64,000 bases of DNA from a virus, in the IMG/VR virus record IMGVR_UViG_3300017650_000001, positions 39,621 to 103,620 of that record. One strand, given 5' to 3'. Both the position numbers and the translations under genes were made by a program. Shown here piece by piece: positions 28,615 to 38,646 of this stretch (position 1 is its first letter; every line of letters begins with the position of its first letter). The notes under the pieces are model-generated. The model searched no databases and was not told the DNA's origin. It saw only the letters and a list, made by a program, of their open reading frames with translations.

Positions 28615-29245
28615 CACCGTATTTGATCCCTTCCTCAACAAAGAGGTTGAAGTCAGCGCTCGATTAGTTAATCGATTGCGTGGACGGTACGCGGTGGGTC
28701 CTACACTCGCTAATGGTGAACCTGAATTTGGTTGGAGACAATTTGAAGTACCTCCAATTCAAGAAGAAGCAGCGGGTGTTATTGAAGCCTTAGAAACAAC
28801 AATAGAAGAACTCAAAAAACAGGTATACATTCCAGGATCATGGTACTGTCCAAAATGCAAGTTCGTACTAGTACAACGAACCTTTAATGTCCCTAGTGGG
28901 ACTGTTTCTGTTCGTGATACTCCGGGTGATAAATGCCCGAATTGTAATAGTCCTTTATGGCGCTGCACCTGGAAGCAGGATTCTGATGAGATGCACGAAC
29001 GTGCAATCGAACAGATGAAACGTGCCGAAGCGGCTGAAAATCTGCTTGAATCTGAAAAATCTTTTCGAGAACGTGATAAAGAGGAAATCAAACAGCTTCG
29101 AGTTGTTATCGAGACATTAACAAACAACACAGACAATGGAGCTCTTTGTCTCGAGATTAACGATCTGACTGCGAGACTTGGTGAGGCTATGTCTGAAATC
29201 GGCGGTCTTCGTCGAGAACTGGAAAGCTTGAAAAATGGGCCGTAA
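28601..29245 (+). CDS. Zn-ribbon/coiled-coil hypothetical protein
   Basis: CPKC...CPNC; start chosen at MSGTNT. Confidence 0.65.
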   Translation: MSGTNTVFDPFLNKEVEVSARLVNRLRGRYAVGPTLANGEPEFGWRQFEVPPIQEEAAGVIEALETTIEELKKQVYIPGSWYCPKCKFVLVQRTFNVPSGTVSVRDTPGDKCPNCNSPLWRCTWKQDSDEMHERAIEQMKRAEAAENLLESEKSFRERDKEEIKQLRVVIETLTNNTDNGALCLEINDLTARLGEAMSEIGGLRRELESLKNGP

Positions 29246-29552
29246 CACGATTCCAAAACTCTTTGAATGGCGTGACGGTAAATGTTACCAGTTCAAAACA
29301 CTAAAAGAAGATGAATTCAGCATTCAATCTGATGACGGCTCATTTATCGTCTACGAGTGCTTGTCTATGGGACCTGATGGAAAAGAAATCAGAGAGGTCC
29401 TTGGAACTGCTTATGCCGACGGATTGTGCGAATTGATGGCTACAATGTTCGCTTGTGGATACTTCCGTGGAAAGTCTGAAGGCTACGAAAACGCCCAAAA
29501 AGATATTCGTAAAGCGCTAGGGGTTTCAGATGGACGATCAGCAAAAAACTAA
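29235..29552 (+). CDS. Hypothetical protein
   Basis: Operon packing. Confidence 0.6.
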   Translation: MGRNTIPKLFEWRDGKCYQFKTLKEDEFSIQSDDGSFIVYECLSMGPDGKEIREVLGTAYADGLCELMATMFACGYFRGKSEGYENAQKDIRKALGVSDGRSAKN

Positions 29553-29952
29553 AGTGGTGTTAGCCATTGCTCAGCACCTTGTTCGGCTTGAGTATGGTAA
29601 AACAGCAGACATCGATTTTTTACCTGCATCATCTCAAAAAGCTTACCAAGAAGATGCGAGTGCGATCCTAAAGGTCATCACTGATTTGGGATTTGCAGTT
29701 GTCCCTGAAAAACCTAGTCGTGGGCTGCTTATCAGCATGGCTTTGCGAATGGATCATGCGTTCTGTGCTCCGGAACAGAGCCTGTTTGGTATGTCAGTTT
29801 TTGGACACACAAATGATTACCGAGAATCTGTACTAACTACGTTGCGACAAGCGTATGAAGAAGTTGTTGGAAAGGGCTTCTATCATCCAGATGGAGAAGA
29901 GCACTACCGATCCATGATGTCTACTAATGGAGAAAACAGTGCAATTGACTAG
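29530..29952 (+). CDS. Hypothetical protein
   Basis: Operon packing. Confidence 0.6.
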   Translation: MDDQQKTKVVLAIAQHLVRLEYGKTADIDFLPASSQKAYQEDASAILKVITDLGFAVVPEKPSRGLLISMALRMDHAFCAPEQSLFGMSVFGHTNDYRESVLTTLRQAYEEVVGKGFYHPDGEEHYRSMMSTNGENSAID

Positions 29953-30976
29953 TGCTGCATCTATTCTAGCTATTCCGCTTGATCAGCCCGAAAGTCTATT
30001 TAGTGACAAGACAAATTTACGTGCACGTTTCCTATCACTTCTGAAACTGTGGCATCCAGATGTCAACAAAGACGAACACGCTGGAATGGTTGCTGCTCAC
30101 ATTCAAGCTTTGTATGAATCTGCACAAGCTAAGCTCGACAAAGGTATTTGGGTCACACCTTTCTTACTAGAAGTTCCCGGTGTTGACGGTCGTATTCGAA
30201 AGATCGCGTATCGTGTTCGTGATACTTTCGAATTGGGTGAGATTTACATCGGTAATGGAATTGTCACCTATGCAATCAATCGAGTGCATGAACCTGCTGT
30301 AATTCGAGCATTGAAGAACATCGGAACTATTCGGTACCCTGATGAATCTTTCAAGAAAAGTCTTGAGCCTTTCTTCCCCAAGGTTGAACACTATTTCGAA
30401 AGCAAGGATCATATCTTTGTCTGTATGCGAAAGCACAATGATGAGATCTTGTTAAGCGATCTTATCGAGCATCTTGGAGGTAAAATTGATCCCAAGCATG
30501 TTGCTTGGATTATGAGTTGTTTGTTCAACTTGGTCTGCTTCTTGTGGATCAACGATATGACCTTAAATGGCATTGATACAAAGGCTATATTTGTTTCACC
30601 GGCAAAACATGCGGGAAGTATTCTTGGCGGTTGGTGGTATTCAACACCAAAGGGTAAGCGGATGGATTCGCTGCCTCCGTCTACCTACAAACTCGCTTCG
30701 CGCAAACTGCTGGCAACCAAAGAAGCTACGACTCAATTCGATCTTGAATGCATCCGCGCAGTAGGTCGCGCAGCTTTGGGTGATGCAACCGGCGACTCTT
30801 TGCGTATGTGTAAAGAGATACCCAAACCGATGACAACGTTCTTGATGCTTCCGAGCACAGGGAACCCTGTTAAGGAGTACGAAGCATGGAGTAAAGTCTT
30901 AGTTGATTGCTTCGGACCACGGAAATTTGTTCAACTGAACGTGTCTATTGACGACGTTTATCCAAAGGAGACTTGA
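29927..30976 (+). CDS. J-domain protein fused to a kinase-like (probably pseudokinase) domain
   Basis: LRARFLSLLKLWHPDVN (HPD motif); C-terminal HVAWIMSCL..LNGI..IFV..LGGWWY in place of HRD/DFG. Confidence 0.7.
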   Translation: MEKTVQLTSAASILAIPLDQPESLFSDKTNLRARFLSLLKLWHPDVNKDEHAGMVAAHIQALYESAQAKLDKGIWVTPFLLEVPGVDGRIRKIAYRVRDTFELGEIYIGNGIVTYAINRVHEPAVIRALKNIGTIRYPDESFKKSLEPFFPKVEHYFESKDHIFVCMRKHNDEILLSDLIEHLGGKIDPKHVAWIMSCLFNLVCFLWINDMTLNGIDTKAIFVSPAKHAGSILGGWWYSTPKGKRMDSLPPSTYKLASRKLLATKEATTQFDLECIRAVGRAALGDATGDSLRMCKEIPKPMTTFLMLPSTGNPVKEYEAWSKVLVDCFGPRKFVQLNVSIDDVYPKET

Positions 30977-30979
30977 AGA

Positions 30980-31894
30980 ATGGGAATGTCACGATTTGAT
31001 TCTGCGACATATGCCAGCTATTCTGCACGAACAGCAAGTATGCGGCATACGGATTACAAAGCGACTTCGATCAAGAAAGATTTCGATCCGAAGATGATTA
31101 CAGTTCGCGAATCGGTCAAGAGCGAACTCAATCCGCATCCGACTCCGATCATCGTCGGTCTCGACGTTACGGGGTCGATGGGAGCTGTGGTTGAAGCTTG
31201 CCGCAAGGGTCTCGGAACTCTGTTCGAGGAAATCATCAAGCGCAATCCCGTCAGCGATCCTCATGTTCTCGCAATGGCAATCGGCGACATGGAATGTGAC
31301 CGTAGCCCCGTCCAAGCAACACAGTTTGAAGCTGATCCGGTCACTATCGGTAAGCAGATTGAAGATCTGTATCTTGAGCGTGGCGGTGGCGGTAACAACT
31401 ACGAGAGTTATCTCGGACCGCTTTACTTCGCTCTGATGCGAACCAAGTGCGACGCTTTCAACGAGAACCGCAAGGGCTACCTGTTCACGGTCGGCGACGA
31501 GGAGCCACAAACACTGCTCCGTGCAACGGACATCTCGCGTTGGTTTGGCGATCAGCCGAAGCAGGATTACACCGCAGCAGACCTGATTGCTACGGTCGAA
31601 CGTAACTGGAATATCTTCCACATTATCGTGGAGGAGGGTAGCTACGCTTCCGGCCGACCTGATCGTGTCAAGCAGGAGTGGCGCAATCTTCTCGGTCAGC
31701 GCGTGATTCAGCTCAGCGACCATACCAAGATGGCAGAGGTCATCATCTCGACCATCGAAGTTACCGAAGGTCGCGATAAGGATGCTGTCGCAAAGTCGTG
31801 GTCCGATGGCACCGACCTTGTAGTTGCCAAGGCTGTTTCAGGACTGCCGGCGTCGCATACGGGCAGCGCTGCTACAGGTCCAATCTCGCTGTGA
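30980..31894 (+). CDS. vWA (MIDAS) domain protein
   Basis: IIVGLDVTGSMG, GGGGNNYESY, LFTVGDE. Confidence 0.8.
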   Translation: MGMSRFDSATYASYSARTASMRHTDYKATSIKKDFDPKMITVRESVKSELNPHPTPIIVGLDVTGSMGAVVEACRKGLGTLFEEIIKRNPVSDPHVLAMAIGDMECDRSPVQATQFEADPVTIGKQIEDLYLERGGGGNNYESYLGPLYFALMRTKCDAFNENRKGYLFTVGDEEPQTLLRATDISRWFGDQPKQDYTAADLIATVERNWNIFHIIVEEGSYASGRPDRVKQEWRNLLGQRVIQLSDHTKMAEVIISTIEVTEGRDKDAVAKSWSDGTDLVVAKAVSGLPASHTGSAATGPISL

Positions 31895-32361
31895 TCCTTA
31901 GCGCACAGACTATTCGTAGGCTGTGCCAATCAGATACACCGTTGTTAACTCCTTTTGTAGAAAGAGGGGTTTTCAACGGTGTTTCTTTTGGTCTGTCCTC
32001 TTGTGGATACGATATCCGTATTCGAGAAGATCTGCACATCAGTCGCGGTAAGTTTGCTCTTGCTTCTAGCGTTGAGCACTTTGATCTTCCAACCAACATT
32101 TGTATGCGAGTCTTAGATAAATCTACGTGGGCTCGTCAGGGACTTTTCTGTCAAAATACAATTGCAGAACCGGGATGGCGTGGTTACCTCACGCTTGAAT
32201 TGACTCTTCATAGAGATACTAGTTTTCCCAACCGCGTGATTCCTTCTGGAACAGCAATCGCTCAAGTCATCTTTGAGCAGCTAGACTATCCTACAGAAAT
32301 TCCGTATGTAGGTAAATATCAGAATCAACCGCCGAGGGCTGTTGAAGCTAAGTTTGAATAG
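31891..32361 (+). CDS. dcd: dCTP deaminase / trimeric dUTPase family
   Basis: MILS start (GTGA overlap), GYDIR, DKSTWARQGL, AEPGWRGYLTLE, IAQVIF, YVGKYQNQ. Confidence 0.88.
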   Translation: MILSAQTIRRLCQSDTPLLTPFVERGVFNGVSFGLSSCGYDIRIREDLHISRGKFALASSVEHFDLPTNICMRVLDKSTWARQGLFCQNTIAEPGWRGYLTLELTLHRDTSFPNRVIPSGTAIAQVIFEQLDYPTEIPYVGKYQNQPPRAVEAKFE

Positions 32362-32370
32362 GGGGTTTTC

Positions 32371-33474
32371 ATGAAAGCAGTTGCGGTGATTGGTGCTGCC
32401 TTTGGTGATGAGGGCAAGGGCTTGATGACAGATTACTTCTGTCGTCAGTATTCCAAACCCCCAATTGTTGTTCGCTACAATGGCGGGGCACAAGCAGGTC
32501 ACACAGTCGTAACTGACAAACGTCGTCATGTGTTCAGTCATATTGGTTCTGGATATTTTACGGGTGCAGATACCTTCCTCAGCAAGTTTTTTCTAGTCAA
32601 TCCCGCAGCATTCCGAATAGAATGTAGCGAGCTTGGGAAGTATACTGAAGGTCGCGTCTACGTGCATCCAAATGCACTTGTTTCAACTGTATACGATTCA
32701 TTTATCAATCAAGAACTTGAAAAGTCACGTGGTGATTCGAGACATGGTTCCTGTGGGATGGGAATCAATGAAACAATTCAACGCAGCAAGGTTGCTGGAT
32801 TTGTTCTTACCGCATCCGACCTTTACGCACACGATCTTATCGATAAAGTTGTTCGGGTGCAGAATTGGGCGCGAATACGTTTGCAACAATGCAATTTGTT
32901 GAACAAAGAAACAGAAGCTTGGATCCGCGACCCTGCTATCACGCGGACATTTATCGATGACTGCCGATCTTTTGCTGACAACGTTCAGTATAGTTCAGGA
33001 ATGGTTCTGAACGGGCGCAATGTAGTCTTTGAAGGAGCTCAAGGACTTTTGCTGGATGCAAACAGTTATTTCTTCCCGCATGTCACCCACAGCTATACGG
33101 GGTTACGGAATATCGTCGCTATTGCTGAAGATCTCGGAATCGATGAAATTGATGCTACTTACGTAATGCGGACTTATCTTACGCGTCATGGAGCAGGACC
33201 GCTCCCGGGGGAAGACTCAAATCTCAACTATCTTGATACAACTAATAACAAGAATGCTTGGCAGGGTAGTTTGCGTTTTGCACGACAAGATAACGAATTG
33301 ATGAGTAAAGCTATTATCAAAGACCTCATCATCAGGAAATATACCACAGTGAAGATCAACCCAGATATTGCGCTTACGCATGTCGATCAAGAAGGGTTTA
33401 TCCCGCGCATCCAGGATGTCCTTGTTAGGTACAATTCAGATGGTCCTACAGCGGATCACGTAGGTAGGTTGTAA
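32371..33474 (+). CDS. Divergent adenylosuccinate synthetase (PurA-like)
   Basis: GAAFGDEGKG, VVRYNGGAQAGHTV, HGSCGMG, FEGAQGLLLD, FFPHVTHS, YLTRHGAGP. Confidence 0.88.
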   Translation: MKAVAVIGAAFGDEGKGLMTDYFCRQYSKPPIVVRYNGGAQAGHTVVTDKRRHVFSHIGSGYFTGADTFLSKFFLVNPAAFRIECSELGKYTEGRVYVHPNALVSTVYDSFINQELEKSRGDSRHGSCGMGINETIQRSKVAGFVLTASDLYAHDLIDKVVRVQNWARIRLQQCNLLNKETEAWIRDPAITRTFIDDCRSFADNVQYSSGMVLNGRNVVFEGAQGLLLDANSYFFPHVTHSYTGLRNIVAIAEDLGIDEIDATYVMRTYLTRHGAGPLPGEDSNLNYLDTTNNKNAWQGSLRFARQDNELMSKAIIKDLIIRKYTTVKINPDIALTHVDQEGFIPRIQDVLVRYNSDGPTADHVGRL

Positions 33475-33701
33475 TGCCACAAGCAAATCCCGATCTTCAA
33501 GATCTGATTCAAAAACGTTTTGGGGACCTCGACATAAGTGGTCCCCAAGCCTATTTGCTTGATCGTGGATACTCGCTATCACGTGGATGGACTTGGTCAC
33601 ATCCAAAGATCAAACATGTAAAAGATATGACAAGAGATGAATTTGATTGTCTCTTGTTCCTCATGCACGAATGGGATTACGGAGGTTTAGAAGATAAATG
33701 A
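33474..33701 (+). CDS. Hypothetical protein
   Basis: TAATG coupling. Confidence 0.65.
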   Translation: MPQANPDLQDLIQKRFGDLDISGPQAYLLDRGYSLSRGWTWSHPKIKHVKDMTRDEFDCLLFLMHEWDYGGLEDK

Positions 33702-33958
33702 GCAAAGAACCAACAGTGAAAACACAGGTTGTTGAAACTCCAGTTGTTTCACAAACCAAAACGTCAGCAGCGCCTGTTGTTGATCAAATCAGTATCGGTG
33801 CACAACTTGAAATCCTTGAGGGCATGGTTGATATCGAGCAAGCTCTATCCCTGATCCTCAAGAGCTTGATCGGTGATATGCTTATTTCTACCAATCTTGA
33901 TGAGCGTGTTAAGAAAACCAAGGTTTTGATCGAGACACTCCGTGGATATCAGGTTTAA
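33698..33958 (+). CDS. Hypothetical protein
   Basis: ATGA coupling. Confidence 0.6.
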   Translation: MSKEPTVKTQVVETPVVSQTKTSAAPVVDQISIGAQLEILEGMVDIEQALSLILKSLIGDMLISTNLDERVKKTKVLIETLRGYQV

Positions 33959-35777
33959 GTCAATACGACTGAAGCGTTTTCGGTCCTTTCTTGAAGAAAC
34001 AACCGTAACTTTTGATGATGCGGGTTTCGGTCTTTACTTCCTCAAAGGGAAGAATGAACGCAGCAGCACACTTGGAAGCAATGGCGCCGGCAAGAGCACA
34101 ATCTTAGATGCTCTTGTTTGGTGCTTGTTTGGTCGTACTGTTCGCGGTTTGAAAAACCCGGATGTTGTTCCTTGGACAGGAAAAGGAGCAACAGAAGTCG
34201 AAGTCTGCGTATCTGTTGATAACACAGACCATACAATCAAACGGACAATCGGTCCCAACCTGCTGACCATCAACGACCAAGAAGTCGCGCAGCAACACGT
34301 TGACGACTTGATACAAATTCCGATTGAAATAGTCCCCTACACTTTGTTGATGGGACAAGACCAGCCGCTCTTCTTTGATAAGACGGCTGGAGAGAAGCTT
34401 GAGGTTTTTTCAAGCACACTCAACCTAGATCGTTGGGAAAAACGATCAACACACGCAAACGAACTTGCTCGCCAGCTTGAAAAAGAGATTGAAGCTAAAT
34501 CTCTTGAGGTCACGCTACGCAAAGATGAATTAGAGCGTGCTGAGACAACGCTGGCTGATTTGAAACGAGACTCTGAAAAGTGGGAGAGTTCACGATCAGA
34601 GTCAATTGAAAACAGTGAAAAGCAACAAAGTCAAATCAGAAAGCGTCTTGAGCCCTTACTCAAGCAGCGCGATACTGCTGACTTAGCCTTAGATCGTGCA
34701 GAGACAGAACTACGCGCCAGCAAAGTATCTGACCTTGTTGGCGAAGAGTCTCGGTGTGCTCGAAAAGAATCTGAAGCTTCTCGCGAACTCGCTTCAGCAA
34801 AACGACAAGTTGTAAGTTTGCAGGAGATGATTGCTTCGATTTCGGACGAGTGTTGTCCGACATGCCAGCAGCCTATTAAATCGAAGAAGATGCGCGATGA
34901 GCTGGCTAAAAATATCGAAGGACAGATTGCGGCTTTGGGCGTGAAGAAGCTATCAGAGACGTTCGCTCTGGCGCAGAAAGCACATCATGCATCTGTTGAT
35001 GCTTTAGACATTGAAACGAAAGCAATGTCTAAATTCAAGCAGGCTGCAGAAAGTGCTCGCGATACACTAGACACGCTATCTTCACAAATTAGTAGTTTCG
35101 AAGCAGATATTCGTTCTATCGATCGTTTACGGGAGCAGTTTGAAAAACAAGATAACCCGTATCGTGATCAGATACAGAAACTACGACGTCACAAAGACGG
35201 TTTGAAAGCTAAGTTAGAAGCTGATGTAGACTCTGTTGTAGCTAAGACTGAATATTATGAACGTGTTCGTTACTGGGTGAAGGGATTCAAAGACATCAAG
35301 CTCTACACATTAACAGAAATCCTTCAAGAGCTTGAAATCACAACCAATGGGATGTTGGATGAATTTGGTCTGTCCGGTTGGGAGATTCAGTATGATATCG
35401 AACGTGAAAACAAGTCGGGTGGAGTTACGCGCGGACTCAATATCGTAGTACTATCACCCGATAATGATAAACTTGTGAAGTGGGGGGTTTGGTCTGGAGG
35501 TGAAGCGCAGCGATTGAAGATTATTGGGTCACTGGCGCTGGGTGCTGTTTTGTTGAACCACCTTGGAATTTCAACAAACCTGACCTTCTTTGACGAGCCT
35601 ACCAAGGGACTCTCTAAAGAGGGTGTCACTAACCTCGTTGATCTACTCGCTGATTATGCGAAAGACAATAAAAAAAATGTGTGGTTGATTGATCACCACG
35701 TGATTTCATCAAATCGATTTGCGTTAGAAGTCCAAGTTACTAAAAACGGTTCCGGTAGCTGCGTCCAATTCGAGTAG
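33942..35777 (+). CDS. SbcC/Rad50 (gp46-like) ABC ATPase
   Basis: GSNGAGKST, Q-loop MGQ, Zn hook CPTCQQ, WSGGE, FFDEP, IDH. Confidence 0.92.
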   Translation: MDIRFKSIRLKRFRSFLEETTVTFDDAGFGLYFLKGKNERSSTLGSNGAGKSTILDALVWCLFGRTVRGLKNPDVVPWTGKGATEVEVCVSVDNTDHTIKRTIGPNLLTINDQEVAQQHVDDLIQIPIEIVPYTLLMGQDQPLFFDKTAGEKLEVFSSTLNLDRWEKRSTHANELARQLEKEIEAKSLEVTLRKDELERAETTLADLKRDSEKWESSRSESIENSEKQQSQIRKRLEPLLKQRDTADLALDRAETELRASKVSDLVGEESRCARKESEASRELASAKRQVVSLQEMIASISDECCPTCQQPIKSKKMRDELAKNIEGQIAALGVKKLSETFALAQKAHHASVDALDIETKAMSKFKQAAESARDTLDTLSSQISSFEADIRSIDRLREQFEKQDNPYRDQIQKLRRHKDGLKAKLEADVDSVVAKTEYYERVRYWVKGFKDIKLYTLTEILQELEITTNGMLDEFGLSGWEIQYDIERENKSGGVTRGLNIVVLSPDNDKLVKWGVWSGGEAQRLKIIGSLALGAVLLNHLGISTNLTFFDEPTKGLSKEGVTNLVDLLADYAKDNKKNVWLIDHHVISSNRFALEVQVTKNGSGSCVQFE

Positions 35778-35782
35778 TCGGT

Positions 35783-36352
35783 TTAGCGAATTCTGATGAC
35801 ACTCAGTTTAGCTTGAGCGCCAAGAGTAGACGTTGTGAATGATGCAGAACTAGTAATACACACTGTAGTAGTAGCATTCAGTGATATTCTAAATTCTGGC
35901 AACGTAGCAGAAAAATTAAGTCCTCCTGTAGACACACCGGGAGAAGCAGTTAGTATTGGCTGTGCCCATGAACCGCCGATGGCAGCATTAACTGATGGCG
36001 TTGAGCATCCAGTATCAGTGTTTATGCTAGATTGAGCATATGCTATGACAGTTGTATTTGCTGGCGCATACTGTATAGCTCCTGACACTAAATAGTCTCC
36101 TGGTGGTAAAGAGACCGATACTAAAGACTGTGTGACCGGTTGAGAAGTCAGGTTTCCAAAATTGTTGATTGTTGTATAGCCAGAGTATCCAACGCAAGTT
36201 GTACAGGCAGCCGAATTATTTTGAATGGCAGGAACTTGACCTACAGAAGCTGTTCCAACAGAACTTGGGTTAACGCGCAAATCCATTTGTTGAGCTTGCG
36301 CGTAAGTGCTGATAACTAGTGAAATCAAGAATACAGAAAAATAGTAACGCAT
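35783..36352 (-). CDS. Exported or virion beta-rich protein
   Basis: Signal peptide (..YAQA), Ser/Thr-rich, LPPGDYLVSG beta pattern. Confidence 0.6.
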   Translation of the reverse strand: MRYYFSVFLISLVISTYAQAQQMDLRVNPSSVGTASVGQVPAIQNNSAACTTCVGYSGYTTINNFGNLTSQPVTQSLVSVSLPPGDYLVSGAIQYAPANTTVIAYAQSSINTDTGCSTPSVNAAIGGSWAQPILTASPGVSTGGLNFSATLPEFRISLNATTTVCITSSASFTTSTLGAQAKLSVIRIR

Positions 36353-36353
36353 A

Positions 36354-36881
36354 TCAGTAAACCTCCGCTACAGATATCGTTTGAGCGCTAGTTACAGCAA
36401 TACAGTTAACAACACCTGCATAAGGTAAAGTTAGATTTGCACCAGCAAGTCCGGGGATATACTGCCCATTAGCTGTTGTAGCTGTTCCAGAAGTGCAGTA
36501 AATAGGCTGGGTTCCTGTAATGTTTGTGATCATTACAGAGCGTCTCCCTGATCGAGCAGCAACAGCTTGCGTTGATGCTGTTGTTATCGATACTTGTGCT
36601 GTTGCAAGGTTTGTTGATCCAGGTATCCCAACATTACCTGAAACTGGAATCGTTGTTGTAACAGCGTTACCGCCGACGCTTGCAACGTTCACATCTGAAG
36701 ATCCGCCGCCACCTGAGCATCCTGAGATGCACGTGACTGGGAGCGGGCTGCTAGACGATGTCGGTGTACCACTAACAACTGGCTGCACAAGCGTTACTGC
36801 ACCTTGGGCTAAGCTCTGTGAAACAAATGCAAGCGATAGAGCAATAGATGCAATCGCTAGATGTATTTTTGAGTAAGACAT
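36354..36881 (-). CDS. Exported or virion beta-rich protein
   Basis: Signal peptide (..SLAQ), C-terminal RRSVMITN..PIY..G jelly-roll-like pattern. Confidence 0.6.
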   Translation of the reverse strand: MSYSKIHLAIASIALSLAFVSQSLAQGAVTLVQPVVSGTPTSSSSPLPVTCISGCSGGGGSSDVNVASVGGNAVTTTIPVSGNVGIPGSTNLATAQVSITTASTQAVAARSGRRSVMITNITGTQPIYCTSGTATTANGQYIPGLAGANLTLPYAGVVNCIAVTSAQTISVAEVY

Positions 36882-36972
36882 GAACCACACTTCATTGGTT
36901 TCTGAGTTAACAAGATCATAAAGCATCCTGTAGTAGAACTATAGAGTAGCTCCAATCAGTTTAAGAAACAAC

Positions 36973-37002
36973 AAAAAGGGCGGCCTTTGCGGACCGCCCT
37001 TT
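36973..37002 (-). terminator. Rho-independent terminator after ro60
   Basis: AAAGGGCGGTCC-GCAAA-GGCCGCCCTTTTT on the minus strand. Confidence 0.8.
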
Positions 37003-37038
37003 GTAGACTTCAGTTAATGGAGCTAATGAAGCTAAAGA

Positions 37039-38619
37039 TTAGCTCTTCGCGAACTCGGCCATAATTGCCGGAACCGATGTATCGAAACCAGAAACGTCGA
37101 GCATTCCCGGATCGTTCGGATCTGCAATACTGAAGTTCGTTGCAGCCATACCAACAACGATAAGCTTTGCATTGATTCCCGTAGCCTTGCGGTAGTCTAC
37201 AAGAGCACGAGACGGATGTACACGACCGGCGTAAGTCTCATTGTCGGTCATGACAACGAAGACGTCAACGTTCAAGCCCTGTTCACGAGCGTAGACCATA
37301 GGCAACGAACAATCGGTTGATCCGAAGTTGTTGTCATGAGCCTTCTTCGTGGCTGCCACAAGAGAATCACTTGTATTGATCTTGAGATCACGGAATTGAT
37401 TTGCGAAACCCATGACATGGGTACTCGGTTCCGTATTCAAAGATACAAGTGACAATGCTGCGGTAGCTTCGCAGTAGCTGACGTTCGAATTCGCCATCGA
37501 TGACGACATTGAACCCGAAACGTCCAAGGCAAACAAGAAACGCTTGCCTGTCGGCTGCACGTTCTTGAACGCCTTGTAGAACGCCTTGTCCAGCGCTGCA
37601 ACGATCGGCTGCGACGGAGTCCAGGAATTCCCACCGCGGAAACCACGGCCGGAATTGTAGGTCTTCAGCGCAACCAAGATGTTGAACGGATGCAAGCGTG
37701 ACTTGCGGATCACGTTCTCGTCGCTCAACCGCTGCACAATCAGCGATTCAGCGTCGCTGAGCGGCTTGATCAGACCGATGCGGGTCATATTGGCAAGATT
37801 CCGCATAAGCGCTGTTAGCCCCATCGTCGGTAGCATCGCAGCCCAGTAATCAGGGTCACTGTTGCACTCGGTCGGCAGAGCTTCCCAAGGCAACTTGTAT
37901 TCCTTGATTAGTGCGGTACGGAGCTTCTTGGTCGTCCGTGGATCCATTGCGTTCATGTGTGCCATGACTTGCGGAGGCAACGATGCTTGCGTATGGTCAA
38001 CACCGCGGACCCACTGATAAAGAGCGCGACGCGCTTCGCTGTTGCCAGCATCCGGATGATGCAGCTGATGCACATTCTTGTGCGACCAGCCATTGCGCTC
38101 ACGATACTTGATCATCTGGAACGCGACGTCGTCCACAGACTTGTCATTGTACCACTTACCGATTGCACGATGCAGAGCACGACCACCCTTCCCGCCGCCC
38201 AAAGCCTTGCGAGCTTCGAGGTACTGAAAGAGGTGAGTTGCAGTACGACAGACAGCCGGCAAAGCCGAATGAGCGTACGAGCGTACCTTGACGTCCTTGT
38301 GCGTGCCGCCGATTGCCAATGCGAAGATGGCTGGATCGTTCTTCGGAGCACGGCCTTCCTGCGAAACCGAAACGATCACATCGATCGTCTTGATTGGATT
38401 CTCGTCGAAACACTCCTGAACACAACGTGCATTTTCGCGCGTCAGGTCAGCAGCCTTCTGGTAATAGGTGTTGGAGTCACTTCCAAGGATCAGGAAGCGG
38501 TTGAGGCGGGACCAGATATCGATCGCATAGACGTAGCCGCCGGCGTTGTTCTTTACCTGATTCTTGGTAAGCGGCTGAGTCTGCGGAACTGGCGTAGAGA
38601 TAAGTGATGCATACTTCAT
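37039..38619 (-). CDS. rsr: Ro60/Rsr TROVE-domain RNA-binding protein
   Basis: QVKNNAGGYV, RLNRFLILGS..TYY, KYRER.GWSH, ALMRNL, SRLHPF, vWA LDVSGSM, GSTDCSLPM, TDNET, DPGMLDVSGFD. Confidence 0.96.
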   Translation of the reverse strand: MKYASLISTPVPQTQPLTKNQVKNNAGGYVYAIDIWSRLNRFLILGSDSNTYYQKAADLTRENARCVQECFDENPIKTIDVIVSVSQEGRAPKNDPAIFALAIGGTHKDVKVRSYAHSALPAVCRTATHLFQYLEARKALGGGKGGRALHRAIGKWYNDKSVDDVAFQMIKYRERNGWSHKNVHQLHHPDAGNSEARRALYQWVRGVDHTQASLPPQVMAHMNAMDPRTTKKLRTALIKEYKLPWEALPTECNSDPDYWAAMLPTMGLTALMRNLANMTRIGLIKPLSDAESLIVQRLSDENVIRKSRLHPFNILVALKTYNSGRGFRGGNSWTPSQPIVAALDKAFYKAFKNVQPTGKRFLFALDVSGSMSSSMANSNVSYCEATAALSLVSLNTEPSTHVMGFANQFRDLKINTSDSLVAATKKAHDNNFGSTDCSLPMVYAREQGLNVDVFVVMTDNETYAGRVHPSRALVDYRKATGINAKLIVVGMAATNFSIADPNDPGMLDVSGFDTSVPAIMAEFAKS

Positions 38620-38646
38620 TGTAGTCTCCCTTGGTGAAAACGAAAT

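Noticed and set aside
32371-33474. PurZ / Z-genome (2-aminoadenine) system suggested by PurA-like + MazG-like + PolA
   Set aside because: The protein keeps Asp in GDEGKG (PurZ has Ser), and no DatZ-like HD phosphatase is visible
30989-38607. Long antisense ORFs (30989-31723, 37957-38607; also 10908, 24379, 54168)
   Set aside because: Shadow frames of well-supported genes on the opposite strand
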